A stretch of 64,000 nt of DNA from Bacillota bacterium (GTDB lineage: Bacteria > Bacillota > Negativicutes > JBAXTZ01), in NCBI GenBank assembly GCA_037129925.1, contig JBAXTZ010000002.1, positions 19,273 to 83,272 on the forward strand. Reading direction: 5' to 3'. The notes beneath the pieces were generated by a model that did no database searches, was not told where the DNA came from, and saw only the letters and a program-made list of their open reading frames with translations. The position numbers were made by a program, and so were the translations under genes. Numbering within the stretch: the stretch's first letter is position 1; every line of letters starts with the position of its first letter. Below, piece by piece: positions 18,749 to 27,985 of this stretch.

Positions 18749-21700
18749 AGAACGTGTATCAAAAATAAAATGGGATGAAAAAATATGGGGTGTTTTTGGC
18801 GCACTTCAAGATGGTTTTGGAGAAGTTCTAAAGAAAAGTATTAATTCAGGTGAGCTAGATGCGCGACTTGCCAAAATCGGGATAACTGCACACTGTAAAG
18901 TGCTGGGTTCCGCGGGAGATTTTATTTCGATTTCTTCTGCGATATATAGTGGTGATCCGGATAAAATTGGCGACGCGATTTTTTCGTTCGTAGGATCTCA
19001 AATTACCAGTCCTGTAGCCGCAGCATGGTTTGCAGCGTATGCATCTAAGAATGGAATCGATCCGATCATTGGCGGCATGGTTGGAGGATATGTAGGCTCA
19101 GAAGCAGGTGCTCAATTCGGATCGCTCACTTGGCAAACTTTATGGAACGGGATTCAATCCGTAGAAGTAACGAGCGAAGGTGGCACAAACATTTTCACCC
19201 GCAAGCAGTTTCAAGAAGTACATATGCCTGGATATAAAGAGAACTATACAATTGATATGTTCAAGAGAGATTTTGGCGCGGTGAACAGCAATAACAATAA
19301 TATATTCATTGAAAACAAGAATCCGTCTGCACCGATTTCGCCAATCGACACCAACCAATATTATGTCAAATACACAGTACCCGCCAACACGCCTTGGAGT
19401 ACTATTGAAGCGCAGTGGGGTGCGGCAAATGTGCAAGGCTCCGAGAGATATGACGGTACAAAATATTATACCGGCAGCGGATATCAGGTCGCAGAGGCCG
19501 GAACCACTATCCTTATACCCTGCTCGCGCGACTATGCTAAACAGCAGGTTAATGCGAGTGGCGGTATAAATATAGCCGCAAGGATTGGAGCAGGCGGAGA
19601 TTTTTCCTGGGTGGCATCGTTGTCGAATAATATTGAAATTACCGGGAAGTTTTACGCAGACAAGACCGGTATTGATCCGAATAATGTCCAGACCGGAACA
19701 GTAATTGACGTTGTAAATAATAAAGATGCAAATATTGGTTGCTATGATCCGAAACTGGGAGTCACCAACCAATTCGAATTTCACGTTGACCCGTTAGCGG
19801 GAATCAAAAAAACTGACGTAACAGACCCGAATTATTGGAACGGCAGTTTGCTCAACGGCGGCGGATATAACGGCACGGCTAATTTTGAAGTCAATAAAGA
19901 TATTTTTGACGCAAATGGCAAGCTGAGTAACTATGTCAATAATCTGATGGCTGGTAATATAACTGGCGGTGTTAGGCCGGGCAACGTTAATACGTCAGAA
20001 AATTTCTTCGGAATAAATTACGAAATAACCGGGAATATAAACTCCTCCAGTCAGCAAGGTAAAAATATTTCATATGTTGACCCGTTGATATTGGATTTAA
20101 ATAATGACGGTGTTCACATGAGCGATTTCGGCTCGAATCCGGTTTTCTTTGATGCCGACAACGACGGTAGTCTGGAACAGACCGGCTGGGTGTCAGCGCA
20201 AGACGGTGTCGTGGTCAAGGATTTGAATAACAACGGAATAATCGATAATATCTCCGAAACAATGTCGGAATATTTCGGCGGCGTTGCAGGAACAGACGGC
20301 GGGACGAAGCCGTTCAAAGACGGATTTGCGGCGTTGAAATCGCTTGATTCTAATGGTGACAATGTTTTTGACAATAAAGATGCCGACTGGGGCAAGGTAA
20401 AAGTTTGGGTTGACGCCAACCATGACGGCAAGACCGATGCCGGGGAACTGAAATCGTTTGAAGAATTGAATATCAAACAAATCAACCTTGCCAATCAGGC
20501 ACAGTCCGGCGAGGTGCGCGACGGCAACGAGGTACTGGCGCGCGGGACGTATCTGACGACCGATGGCAAATTGCAGGAAGCGTTGGCAGCTAATTTTCTC
20601 GCCAATCCGCTCGGACATAAGTTTGAAAAGAGCGGTACCGGAACGATAATCGATACCCAGGGTGGTAACAAGATTGCTGCGGTAAAAGCCTACGTTGCCG
20701 GAGACGGCGGCGAAACGGTTGATGTGGCTGTCAAAGGTGTGAACAACGCCACCGGCGGCGCGGGTAACGACACTTTGATTGGCGACGCGACCAGCAACTG
20801 GCTGGCAGGCGGCGCGGGCAGCGATACGTTTAACGCCGGAGCCGGGGACGATGTGCTGTTGATTGACGCCGAAGACAAGCAGGAAAACATCCACGGCGGC
20901 GCCGGGATGGATACGGTAATTGCTATCGGTGACAAGGGTATTACGCTGAACATGAGCGCTGCCGAAGTGGAAATCTTTCAGGGCAACCGCGGCGATGATG
21001 TAATTGTCGGCGGCGGCAGCAGCTCGGTATTTATCGCCGGTGGCGACGGCAACGATATCCTCATTGGCGGCGCAGCCAATGACGCGATTAACGGCGAGAA
21101 CGACAACGATATGATCGACGGCGGCGCCGGAAACGACATCCTCCGCGGCGGCCGCGGCCGGGATACTATCTACGGCGGCAAAGGCGACGACTATATCGAC
21201 GGCGGTCAGGACGATGATGCGCTGTATGGCGGCGCCGGTAACGACGTATTGCGCGGCGCAGCCGGGGATGACGTTATCGACGGCGGCGACGGAACCGATA
21301 TTCTCGAACTGTCCGGCAACCTTTCTGAGTACCGGATATTGCGCACCGCTACCGGCATCTGGATCAGCGACACCGTCGCCGGACGCGACGGCACCGATTT
21401 TGTAAAAAACGTTGAAAAAGCCAACTTCAAGGACGTAAGTTTGGTAGACATCCCGTCCAATACCAGTGACGGGCTGGAAAATCCGCTGCCGGTTAAAGAT
21501 ATTATCAAGACTGACAAAGACGGCAAAGCTTTCGACCACACTACCGCGCACTACATTTCCCAAGCTCAGCTGTTGCAAAATGATGTGGATTGGCAAAACG
21601 ACAAGCTGACGATTACCGAAGTAACCGACGCCGTCGGCGGAACGGTAAAATTAACCGAAGCCGGGGATATCCTGTTCACCCCTGACGCCAGTTTCAACGG

Positions 21701-24700
21701 CGTTATGAGCTTCAAATACACCGTCAAAGACGCCAAAGGCAATATTGCCGCGCAGGTAATTAGCGGCGCTGGCGACAAAGCGACGATGCGAGCGGCAGTG
21801 TACCTGAAAACACCGGAACTGCCGGTTGATCCGCTGGTTACCGATCAGTGGTACCTGAACGATGCCAATATCCTGCCGGTCTGGAAAGACTATACCGGTA
21901 AAGGAATACGCATCGGCCAGTTTGAACCGGGCGGTTCCTACGCCACGACCAAAGAAATATTTGATTACCGCCACTACGATTTGAAAAACAATGTCGATGC
22001 CGACTGGCTGGCAGGTAATACCGCCGGTAACATCGCCGGAGAAGGCGCAGACGGCAAATTCAGCAACCATGCGACATTGGTAGCCGGAGTAATGGTCGCG
22101 GAAAACAACGGCCAGGGTGGTGTAGGTGTCGCCTATGATGCCAAAATTGGCGGACATTTTATCGATGCCAAAACAATCGGCGTCGATCTTGCCAAAATGA
22201 AAAACTACGATGTCGTCAACAACAGCTGGGGCATTACGCCTAGTTTTGCCGGATCATTTTTGAATGACGGTTCAATCGTCGTACCATATGCCGGAGCGGC
22301 AATTGAAGGCCGGGGCGGACTGGGAACAGTAATTGTCACATCGGGCGGAAACGACTGCGAGCAAGGCGGTAACGCCAACTACAGTAACGCAACTAATATT
22401 CGTACTGCTATAGCCATCGGTGCGGTGAACGCCAACGCCGATCTTAGCACCCTGCAAGTCGGCGACAAACCGTTCTCCAATCCCGGCGCTAACCTGCTGG
22501 TATCGGCGCCCGGTTCGAATATCACTTCGACTTCGCGGATGATAACGACCGACGACGGCTCGACTTTTGGCGCGGATAACGCCGTATCCCAGGGTACCAG
22601 TTTCGCCGCACCGATAATCTCCGGTATCGTCGCGCTGATGCTGCAAGCCAATCCGAAACTCGGCTACCGCGATGTTCAGGAAATTCTAGCGGTGTCAGCA
22701 CGCAAATTTGCAACAAATGATAATAATGAATGGCACGATAACAGCACCGGTAATTGGAATGGCGGCGGTATGCATTATTCTGACAATTACGGTTTCGGTA
22801 TGGTCGATGCCCGCGCGGCAGTGCGGCTGGCGGAAACCTGGACAGCGCAGCAAACCTTCGCCAACGAAGTACACGTGTTTACCGAAGCGAAAAACGTCAA
22901 CGCCGCGATTACCGACGGCAACAGCATAACCAGCTCGGTAACGCTGGCTAACTGCGATATGCGCATCGAACATGTCGAGGTCAGGGTGCACCTTACCCAT
23001 GACCGCCCGGGCGACCTGATCATCAAGTTGGTCAGGCCAGACGGCACCGAATCAATCCTGATGAACCGGCCCGGCGTGAGCGCAGCAAACTCCAACGGCG
23101 ATACCAGGTTCAATAACTCGGATGAACTGAATTTCGTATTCACAACTACCCACGACTGGGGCGAGAGCCCGGCAGGTGAGTGGAGGCTGGTGGTTACTGA
23201 TGCTGCCACCGGTAAAACCGGAATACTGAAAGACTGGGATATAACCGCCTACGGCAAATCGGGCGCTTTGACCAATGATACATACTATTACACCGACGAA
23301 TACGAAAACCTCGCCGGAACACCCGGACACAATGCGACACTGAACGATACCGACGGCGGCAACGACACCATCAACATTGCAGCGTTATCCAAAGGCGCGA
23401 TCGTTAATATCTCGACCGGCGCCGCGACAGTAGCCGGTAAAGCCCTGACCATCCAGAACCCCGGCACAATTGAAAACATCGTCGGTGGCGAAGGCAGCGA
23501 CACGCTGGTCGGCAACGCGGTCAACAACGTCCTCGCCGGTGGCCGCGGCAATGATACCCTGAGTGGCGAAGGTGGGAATGACGCGTTGTTCGGCGGCAAA
23601 GGCAACAATATCCTGATTGGCGGCAGCGAAAACGACAGCTTCATTATCGAACGCAACGACAATTGCTGCGACACCGTTGCTGATTTTGCTATCGGCGCTG
23701 ACAAACTGGTACTGTCCGGTTTTGACAAGGCAATACTTGCGACGATGACGGTTAGCCAGACCGGCGCCGATACCCGGCTGGCATTCAGTAACGGCCAGTC
23801 GATATTGTTGAAGAACATAACCGCAACAAGCTTCGGTACGACGCTTGCCAATAATCTGAATGTTTGCGTTTCGGCGGAGGGTGTTACTGTTAATGACATC
23901 CTCAACAGTGAGGCTTATGCCTTTGGAAGCGAGAAGACTGAACTAATTTCATATGATGGACTAGGTCAGCAACTACGCTTTTGGGGTGGCGGAAATACGG
24001 ACATTGTTTTTGGAACCAAAAAAAACGATGTGTTGATTGGCGGAACCGGCGACGATATTATCCACGGCGGTGACGGCGATGATGTGATTTATCTGCAGGG
24101 CGACAATCTTATGAGCAGATATAAATATACCGACGAACATGGCAAGGAGCGAATTGAGAATGCCGGAGCATACGGCGAAGCAGGAGCCGACCGGTTTGTG
24201 TTGAAAGAAGGCGGCGGCCTGCAAAATGCGATTTGGGATTTCGAAATCGGCAAAAACGGCGAGGTGATTGACGTTGTCGATTTATCGGAAATTCCCAGCG
24301 CGACCGATTTCTCCCAACTGAGCTTTTCAAAACTTACCTGTAACGAAATGATATTTACTGTGGTTTCGATCAAGACCGACCCGCTGCGCCGCAGCGTTGC
24401 TTTGCGAAATATCAGTCAGGAAGCTTTGAATGAACATCATTTCATATACCGTCCAGGCAACACTCCAGGATTGACGAATGTAACTGGCACTGATTTAGAC
24501 GATAATGATACCGACAGCAACGGAGATAGGATAATCGAAAAACGATTAGTCGGTGACGCTGGAGGCAACGTTCTCGACGGCAAAAAAGGCGCGGATATCA
24601 TGGAAGGCCGTACCGGCGACGATACCTATTATGTCGATAACAAGAACGACAAGGTTATCGAGCTTGCCAATGGCGGCTATGATACTGTCAGAACGACCAT

Positions 24701-27386
24701 CAGTCTGACTAAAGAGGAAAACGGTCTAATAATGGCTGACAACGTCGAGCAACTAGAACTGCTGGGCAAAGATAATCTTAATGCCACCGGTAATGAACTG
24801 AATAACCGCATCGTCGGCAACGACGGTAATAACATCATCGACGGCGGCGCGGGTATCGACACCATGCTCGGCGGCAAGGGGAATGATACCTATATCATCG
24901 ACAACGGTTTTGACCGGGTGTTCGAAGCCGACAGCGAAGGCATCGATACAGTACAGGCCTCGATGTCCTATACGCTCGGCGCTAACTTCGAAAACCTGAC
25001 CCTGATTGGAACCGATGCCATCAATGCGACCGGTAACGAACTTAACAATATCCTCACCGGCAACGACGGCGACAACAAACTCGACGGTCAGATTGGCGCC
25101 GACACGATGGCAGGCGGCAAAGGCAACGATATTTATTTCGTCGATAACGCTGGTGACAAAGTTGTTGAGAATGCCGGTGAAGGTACGGATACCATTATTT
25201 CGTCGGTTGATTATGTGCTGGCAAGCGATGTTGAAAATCTGGTGCTTATTGGCGCCGCGAAAACTGCGTATGGTAATGGTTTTGATAACCAAATAATTGG
25301 TAATGAACTGGATAATAGAATTCTCGGAGGGAAAGGAGATGATCAGCTTTCAGGTGGTCTGGGAAAAGATCAGTATTATTTCAGTTATGATGGCAACGAC
25401 ACTATTTATGAGAAGTACGACGCGGTCCAAGGAAACGATGAAGACGCAATAATTTTTTTGGGAAACAAAATAGATAGTATTGTTTTTTATAGGACTATAA
25501 CAGGCGATTTGATAATAACTTACAAGGACAACTATGCATCTGCATCAAATTCGATAACAGTTAAAAATCATTTTTCTAACGCTGGCGCTCAGATTGAAAA
25601 AGTACAGTTTAACGACAGTACTTTTGTCGACAAAAAATTTATCGAGGCCAATTGTGTTTACGTGGAATCTTTTACAGGAACAAGCGGTAACGATAATTTG
25701 ACAGGAACAGCGGGTAAAGATGTGTTGATTGGACAAGACGGCGCGGATATCATGGACGGGAAAGAAGGCGTCGATGTGATGATCGGTGGTAAAGGTGATG
25801 ACGTCTATTATGTCGATAACGTTGGTGATTCTGTCGGTGAAAAAACAGACGAAGGTTACGACAAGGTGTTTTCGTCGGTTAGCTATTCGATTGGAAATGG
25901 GCTTGAAGACCTTGCGCTTACAGGAACGGATGATATTAATGGCACTGGCAATTTTCTTTCCAATATTATTACCGGAAATTCCGGGAAAAACATCATTGAC
26001 GGTGGGGGAGGATATGGCGCTGATTCACTGTTTGGCTTTGCTGGAAGCGATATTTTGATCGGCGGAGACGGCAACGACCATCTTGACGGCGGAACAGGCG
26101 ATGATGAAATGCGCGGAAAAGCCGGAGATGATACTTATGTAGTCGACAGCATAAATGATAAGATTATCGAAGTTGCCAACGAGGGGAATGACTTAGTTGA
26201 GACTTTAATAAGCTATTCATTAGCTGCAAACCTAGAGGGACTAAAGCTAACAGGGTTAGGGAATATCAATGGAACGGGGAATGAACTCGACAATTATATT
26301 AACGGCAATTCAGGCGACAACACAATTGATGGCGGTATGGGTAACGACAATTTATACGGAAAAGAAGGAAACGATACTTTGATCGGCGGAGCCGCGCGCG
26401 ACTGGTTGGACGGAGGCGCTGGTGAGGATAAAATGTATGGCGGTTCCGGCAATGATTATTATCTTGTGGATAATACAGGCGATCTGGTTTTCGAAAATCA
26501 AAACGAAGGAACTGATACCGTCTTCTCGTCGGTTGATTATACACTTGGGAATAATTTGGAAAATCTTCAGATCAGTGGAGACGCAAGAGTCGCTATTGGC
26601 AACGAACTGGACAATATATTGACCGGAAACAATTGCGGCAATATACTGGTTGGCGGAGCCGGAAATGATACTCTGATCGGTGGAGATGGAGCGGACGAGA
26701 TGCGTGGCGGAACCGGGAGCGACACCTATTGGGCGGATCGAAGCGATACCGTAATAGAAAAAGCGGGAGAGGGTTATGACATAGTCGTTGCTTCTGAAAA
26801 TTATACGCTTACAGCCAATGTTGAGGAACTTCAACTGACAGCAAATTTTAACGTTGACGGTACCGGAAACGAGCTTTCGAATATGATTTATGGTAATTAT
26901 CATGACAATGTGATTGACGGACGCGACGGTGACGACAATCTTAGGGGGAACGAAGGGAATGACACACTCATTGGAGGGAAAGGACACGACCTTTTAGTGG
27001 GTGGAGCAGATAACGATACATATATTTTCAACATAGGCGATGGGCAGGATTCAGTTGCAGAATACTCAGGAACTAATGACCTTGCTAAATTTGGCGCTAC
27101 TGATTTACAGTTGATGATTTCTAGAGTTAATGAAAATTTGATAATATCAACAGGGGGAACAACTGACAAAGTTGAGATATGGTATTGGTACCAAGGCGAC
27201 GGCAACAAAATTGAGACAATCGAAGCCGGTAACGGAAAACGGTTATTATCAACGCAAATTGACAGCCTTATGGCGGCTATGGTTCAGCTGCAAGCACAAA
27301 AAGGCATGTCCTGGAATGAGTTGATTAGTTCTGCGCCGAATGAGACGCAGACGGTACTCAATCAGTTCTGGACGGAAAAGAAGTAA
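18741..27386 (+). CDS. Giant T1SS-secreted RTX protein: glycine-zipper head, SPM, RTX repeats, cadherin-like domain, S8 subtilase plus P-domain, RTX tail
   Basis: Many GGxGxDxLx nonapeptides; NHATLVAG, GTSFAAP and EHVEVRVHLTH..PGDL..GEW.L motifs; RTX-type C-terminal secretion region. Confidence 0.93.
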   Translation: MAEERVSKIKWDEKIWGVFGALQDGFGEVLKKSINSGELDARLAKIGITAHCKVLGSAGDFISISSAIYSGDPDKIGDAIFSFVGSQITSPVAAAWFAAYASKNGIDPIIGGMVGGYVGSEAGAQFGSLTWQTLWNGIQSVEVTSEGGTNIFTRKQFQEVHMPGYKENYTIDMFKRDFGAVNSNNNNIFIENKNPSAPISPIDTNQYYVKYTVPANTPWSTIEAQWGAANVQGSERYDGTKYYTGSGYQVAEAGTTILIPCSRDYAKQQVNASGGINIAARIGAGGDFSWVASLSNNIEITGKFYADKTGIDPNNVQTGTVIDVVNNKDANIGCYDPKLGVTNQFEFHVDPLAGIKKTDVTDPNYWNGSLLNGGGYNGTANFEVNKDIFDANGKLSNYVNNLMAGNITGGVRPGNVNTSENFFGINYEITGNINSSSQQGKNISYVDPLILDLNNDGVHMSDFGSNPVFFDADNDGSLEQTGWVSAQDGVVVKDLNNNGIIDNISETMSEYFGGVAGTDGGTKPFKDGFAALKSLDSNGDNVFDNKDADWGKVKVWVDANHDGKTDAGELKSFEELNIKQINLANQAQSGEVRDGNEVLARGTYLTTDGKLQEALAANFLANPLGHKFEKSGTGTIIDTQGGNKIAAVKAYVAGDGGETVDVAVKGVNNATGGAGNDTLIGDATSNWLAGGAGSDTFNAGAGDDVLLIDAEDKQENIHGGAGMDTVIAIGDKGITLNMSAAEVEIFQGNRGDDVIVGGGSSSVFIAGGDGNDILIGGAANDAINGENDNDMIDGGAGNDILRGGRGRDTIYGGKGDDYIDGGQDDDALYGGAGNDVLRGAAGDDVIDGGDGTDILELSGNLSEYRILRTATGIWISDTVAGRDGTDFVKNVEKANFKDVSLVDIPSNTSDGLENPLPVKDIIKTDKDGKAFDHTTAHYISQAQLLQNDVDWQNDKLTITEVTDAVGGTVKLTEAGDILFTPDASFNGVMSFKYTVKDAKGNIAAQVISGAGDKATMRAAVYLKTPELPVDPLVTDQWYLNDANILPVWKDYTGKGIRIGQFEPGGSYATTKEIFDYRHYDLKNNVDADWLAGNTAGNIAGEGADGKFSNHATLVAGVMVAENNGQGGVGVAYDAKIGGHFIDAKTIGVDLAKMKNYDVVNNSWGITPSFAGSFLNDGSIVVPYAGAAIEGRGGLGTVIVTSGGNDCEQGGNANYSNATNIRTAIAIGAVNANADLSTLQVGDKPFSNPGANLLVSAPGSNITSTSRMITTDDGSTFGADNAVSQGTSFAAPIISGIVALMLQANPKLGYRDVQEILAVSARKFATNDNNEWHDNSTGNWNGGGMHYSDNYGFGMVDARAAVRLAETWTAQQTFANEVHVFTEAKNVNAAITDGNSITSSVTLANCDMRIEHVEVRVHLTHDRPGDLIIKLVRPDGTESILMNRPGVSAANSNGDTRFNNSDELNFVFTTTHDWGESPAGEWRLVVTDAATGKTGILKDWDITAYGKSGALTNDTYYYTDEYENLAGTPGHNATLNDTDGGNDTINIAALSKGAIVNISTGAATVAGKALTIQNPGTIENIVGGEGSDTLVGNAVNNVLAGGRGNDTLSGEGGNDALFGGKGNNILIGGSENDSFIIERNDNCCDTVADFAIGADKLVLSGFDKAILATMTVSQTGADTRLAFSNGQSILLKNITATSFGTTLANNLNVCVSAEGVTVNDILNSEAYAFGSEKTELISYDGLGQQLRFWGGGNTDIVFGTKKNDVLIGGTGDDIIHGGDGDDVIYLQGDNLMSRYKYTDEHGKERIENAGAYGEAGADRFVLKEGGGLQNAIWDFEIGKNGEVIDVVDLSEIPSATDFSQLSFSKLTCNEMIFTVVSIKTDPLRRSVALRNISQEALNEHHFIYRPGNTPGLTNVTGTDLDDNDTDSNGDRIIEKRLVGDAGGNVLDGKKGADIMEGRTGDDTYYVDNKNDKVIELANGGYDTVRTTISLTKEENGLIMADNVEQLELLGKDNLNATGNELNNRIVGNDGNNIIDGGAGIDTMLGGKGNDTYIIDNGFDRVFEADSEGIDTVQASMSYTLGANFENLTLIGTDAINATGNELNNILTGNDGDNKLDGQIGADTMAGGKGNDIYFVDNAGDKVVENAGEGTDTIISSVDYVLASDVENLVLIGAAKTAYGNGFDNQIIGNELDNRILGGKGDDQLSGGLGKDQYYFSYDGNDTIYEKYDAVQGNDEDAIIFLGNKIDSIVFYRTITGDLIITYKDNYASASNSITVKNHFSNAGAQIEKVQFNDSTFVDKKFIEANCVYVESFTGTSGNDNLTGTAGKDVLIGQDGADIMDGKEGVDVMIGGKGDDVYYVDNVGDSVGEKTDEGYDKVFSSVSYSIGNGLEDLALTGTDDINGTGNFLSNIITGNSGKNIIDGGGGYGADSLFGFAGSDILIGGDGNDHLDGGTGDDEMRGKAGDDTYVVDSINDKIIEVANEGNDLVETLISYSLAANLEGLKLTGLGNINGTGNELDNYINGNSGDNTIDGGMGNDNLYGKEGNDTLIGGAARDWLDGGAGEDKMYGGSGNDYYLVDNTGDLVFENQNEGTDTVFSSVDYTLGNNLENLQISGDARVAIGNELDNILTGNNCGNILVGGAGNDTLIGGDGADEMRGGTGSDTYWADRSDTVIEKAGEGYDIVVASENYTLTANVEELQLTANFNVDGTGNELSNMIYGNYHDNVIDGRDGDDNLRGNEGNDTLIGGKGHDLLVGGADNDTYIFNIGDGQDSVAEYSGTNDLAKFGATDLQLMISRVNENLIISTGGTTDKVEIWYWYQGDGNKIETIEAGNGKRLLSTQIDSLMAAMVQLQAQKGMSWNELISSAPNETQTVLNQFWTEKK
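19760..20763 (+). repeat. ~1.0-kb direct repeat, copy 2
   Basis: Colinear with 17043-18046. Confidence 0.95.
20079..20624 (+). other. FrpC-type self-processing module (SPM), copy 2; predicted cleavage D447-P448
   Basis: YVDPLILDLNNDG and the same downstream Ca-binding motifs as copy 1. Confidence 0.85.
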
Positions 27387-27420
27387 AGATTCGCGATCAC
27401 AATTGATTAAACACTGATCA

Positions 27421-27459
27421 CTGCAATATTTTTCTGCAATATTTATCTGCAATATTTTT
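27421..27459. repeat. Three tandem 13-bp repeats directly upstream of the rplS -35 box
   Basis: ctgcaatattttt / ctgcaatatttat / ctgcaatattttt. Confidence 0.85.
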
Positions 27460-27460
27460 C

Positions 27461-27489
27461 TTGTCAAAATATTGGCAGTGTAATATAAT
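27461..27489 (+). promoter_or_regulatory. Sigma-A-type promoter of rplS
   Basis: TTGTCA, 17 bp, TATAAT. Confidence 0.75.
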
Positions 27490-27503
27490 ACTATTGCTAT
27501 ATA

Positions 27504-27543
27504 CGGATGGTCCTCTGGATGGGTGCGCCTGCCAAGAACATCT
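27504..27543 (+). ncRNA. Probable L19 ribosomal protein leader
   Basis: gatggtc...gaacatc outer stem between the promoter and the rplS RBS, resembling the Firmicute L19 leader. Confidence 0.55.
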
Positions 27544-27560
27544 ATGATGCAGGAGGCAAA

Positions 27561-27902
27561 ATGAATTTAATCGAATTGTTGGATCAAGAACAATTGCGTA
27601 CCGACTTACCGGCGTTTCGCGCCGGAGATACTTTGAAGGTAATGGTAAAAGTCGTCGAGGGAACGCGTGAGCGTTTGCAAGCGTTTGAAGGCGTGTGCAT
27701 TAAACGGAATGGCGGCGGAATTCGTGAGACATTTACTGTTCGCCGTGTTACCTATGGAATTGGCGTGGAACGTACATTTCCTACACATTCGCCGCGGGTT
27801 GAGCGCATTGAAGTTGTTCGTCGCGGTATTGTCCGACGCGCGCGCTTGTACTATTTGCGTGAATTAACCGGTAAAGCCGCTCGTATTCGCGAAAAAAGAT
27901 AA
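27561..27902 (+). CDS. rplS: 50S ribosomal protein L19
   Basis: [28 protein letters not shown]; AGGAGG RBS before ATG 27561. Confidence 0.98.
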   Translation: MNLIELLDQEQLRTDLPAFRAGDTLKVMVKVVEGTRERLQAFEGVCIKRNGGGIRETFTVRRVTYGIGVERTFPTHSPRVERIEVVRRGIVRRARLYYLRELTGKAARIREKR

Positions 27903-27910
27903 TTTGATTT

Positions 27911-27940
27911 GGAGCCGAAAGGCTCCTTTTCTTTTTTTTT
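27911..27940 (+). terminator. Intrinsic terminator after rplS
   Basis: ggagcc-gaaa-ggctcc plus long T tract. Confidence 0.9.
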
Positions 27941-27985
27941 GCGTCAATTTCTGTTATAATGACTAACCGTTATGCGGAGGAAAAT

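Noticed and set aside
17043-20763. Repeat pair as a diversity-generating retroelement TR/VR
   Set aside because: No reverse transcriptase in the window, the repeat is ~1 kb, and differences are mostly synonymous and not adenine-specific.
20193-21596. 467-aa minus-strand ORF and other long antisense ORFs (e.g. 41243-42085)
   Set aside because: Shadow frames of GC-rich or repetitive coding sequence; no RBS or recognisable motifs.
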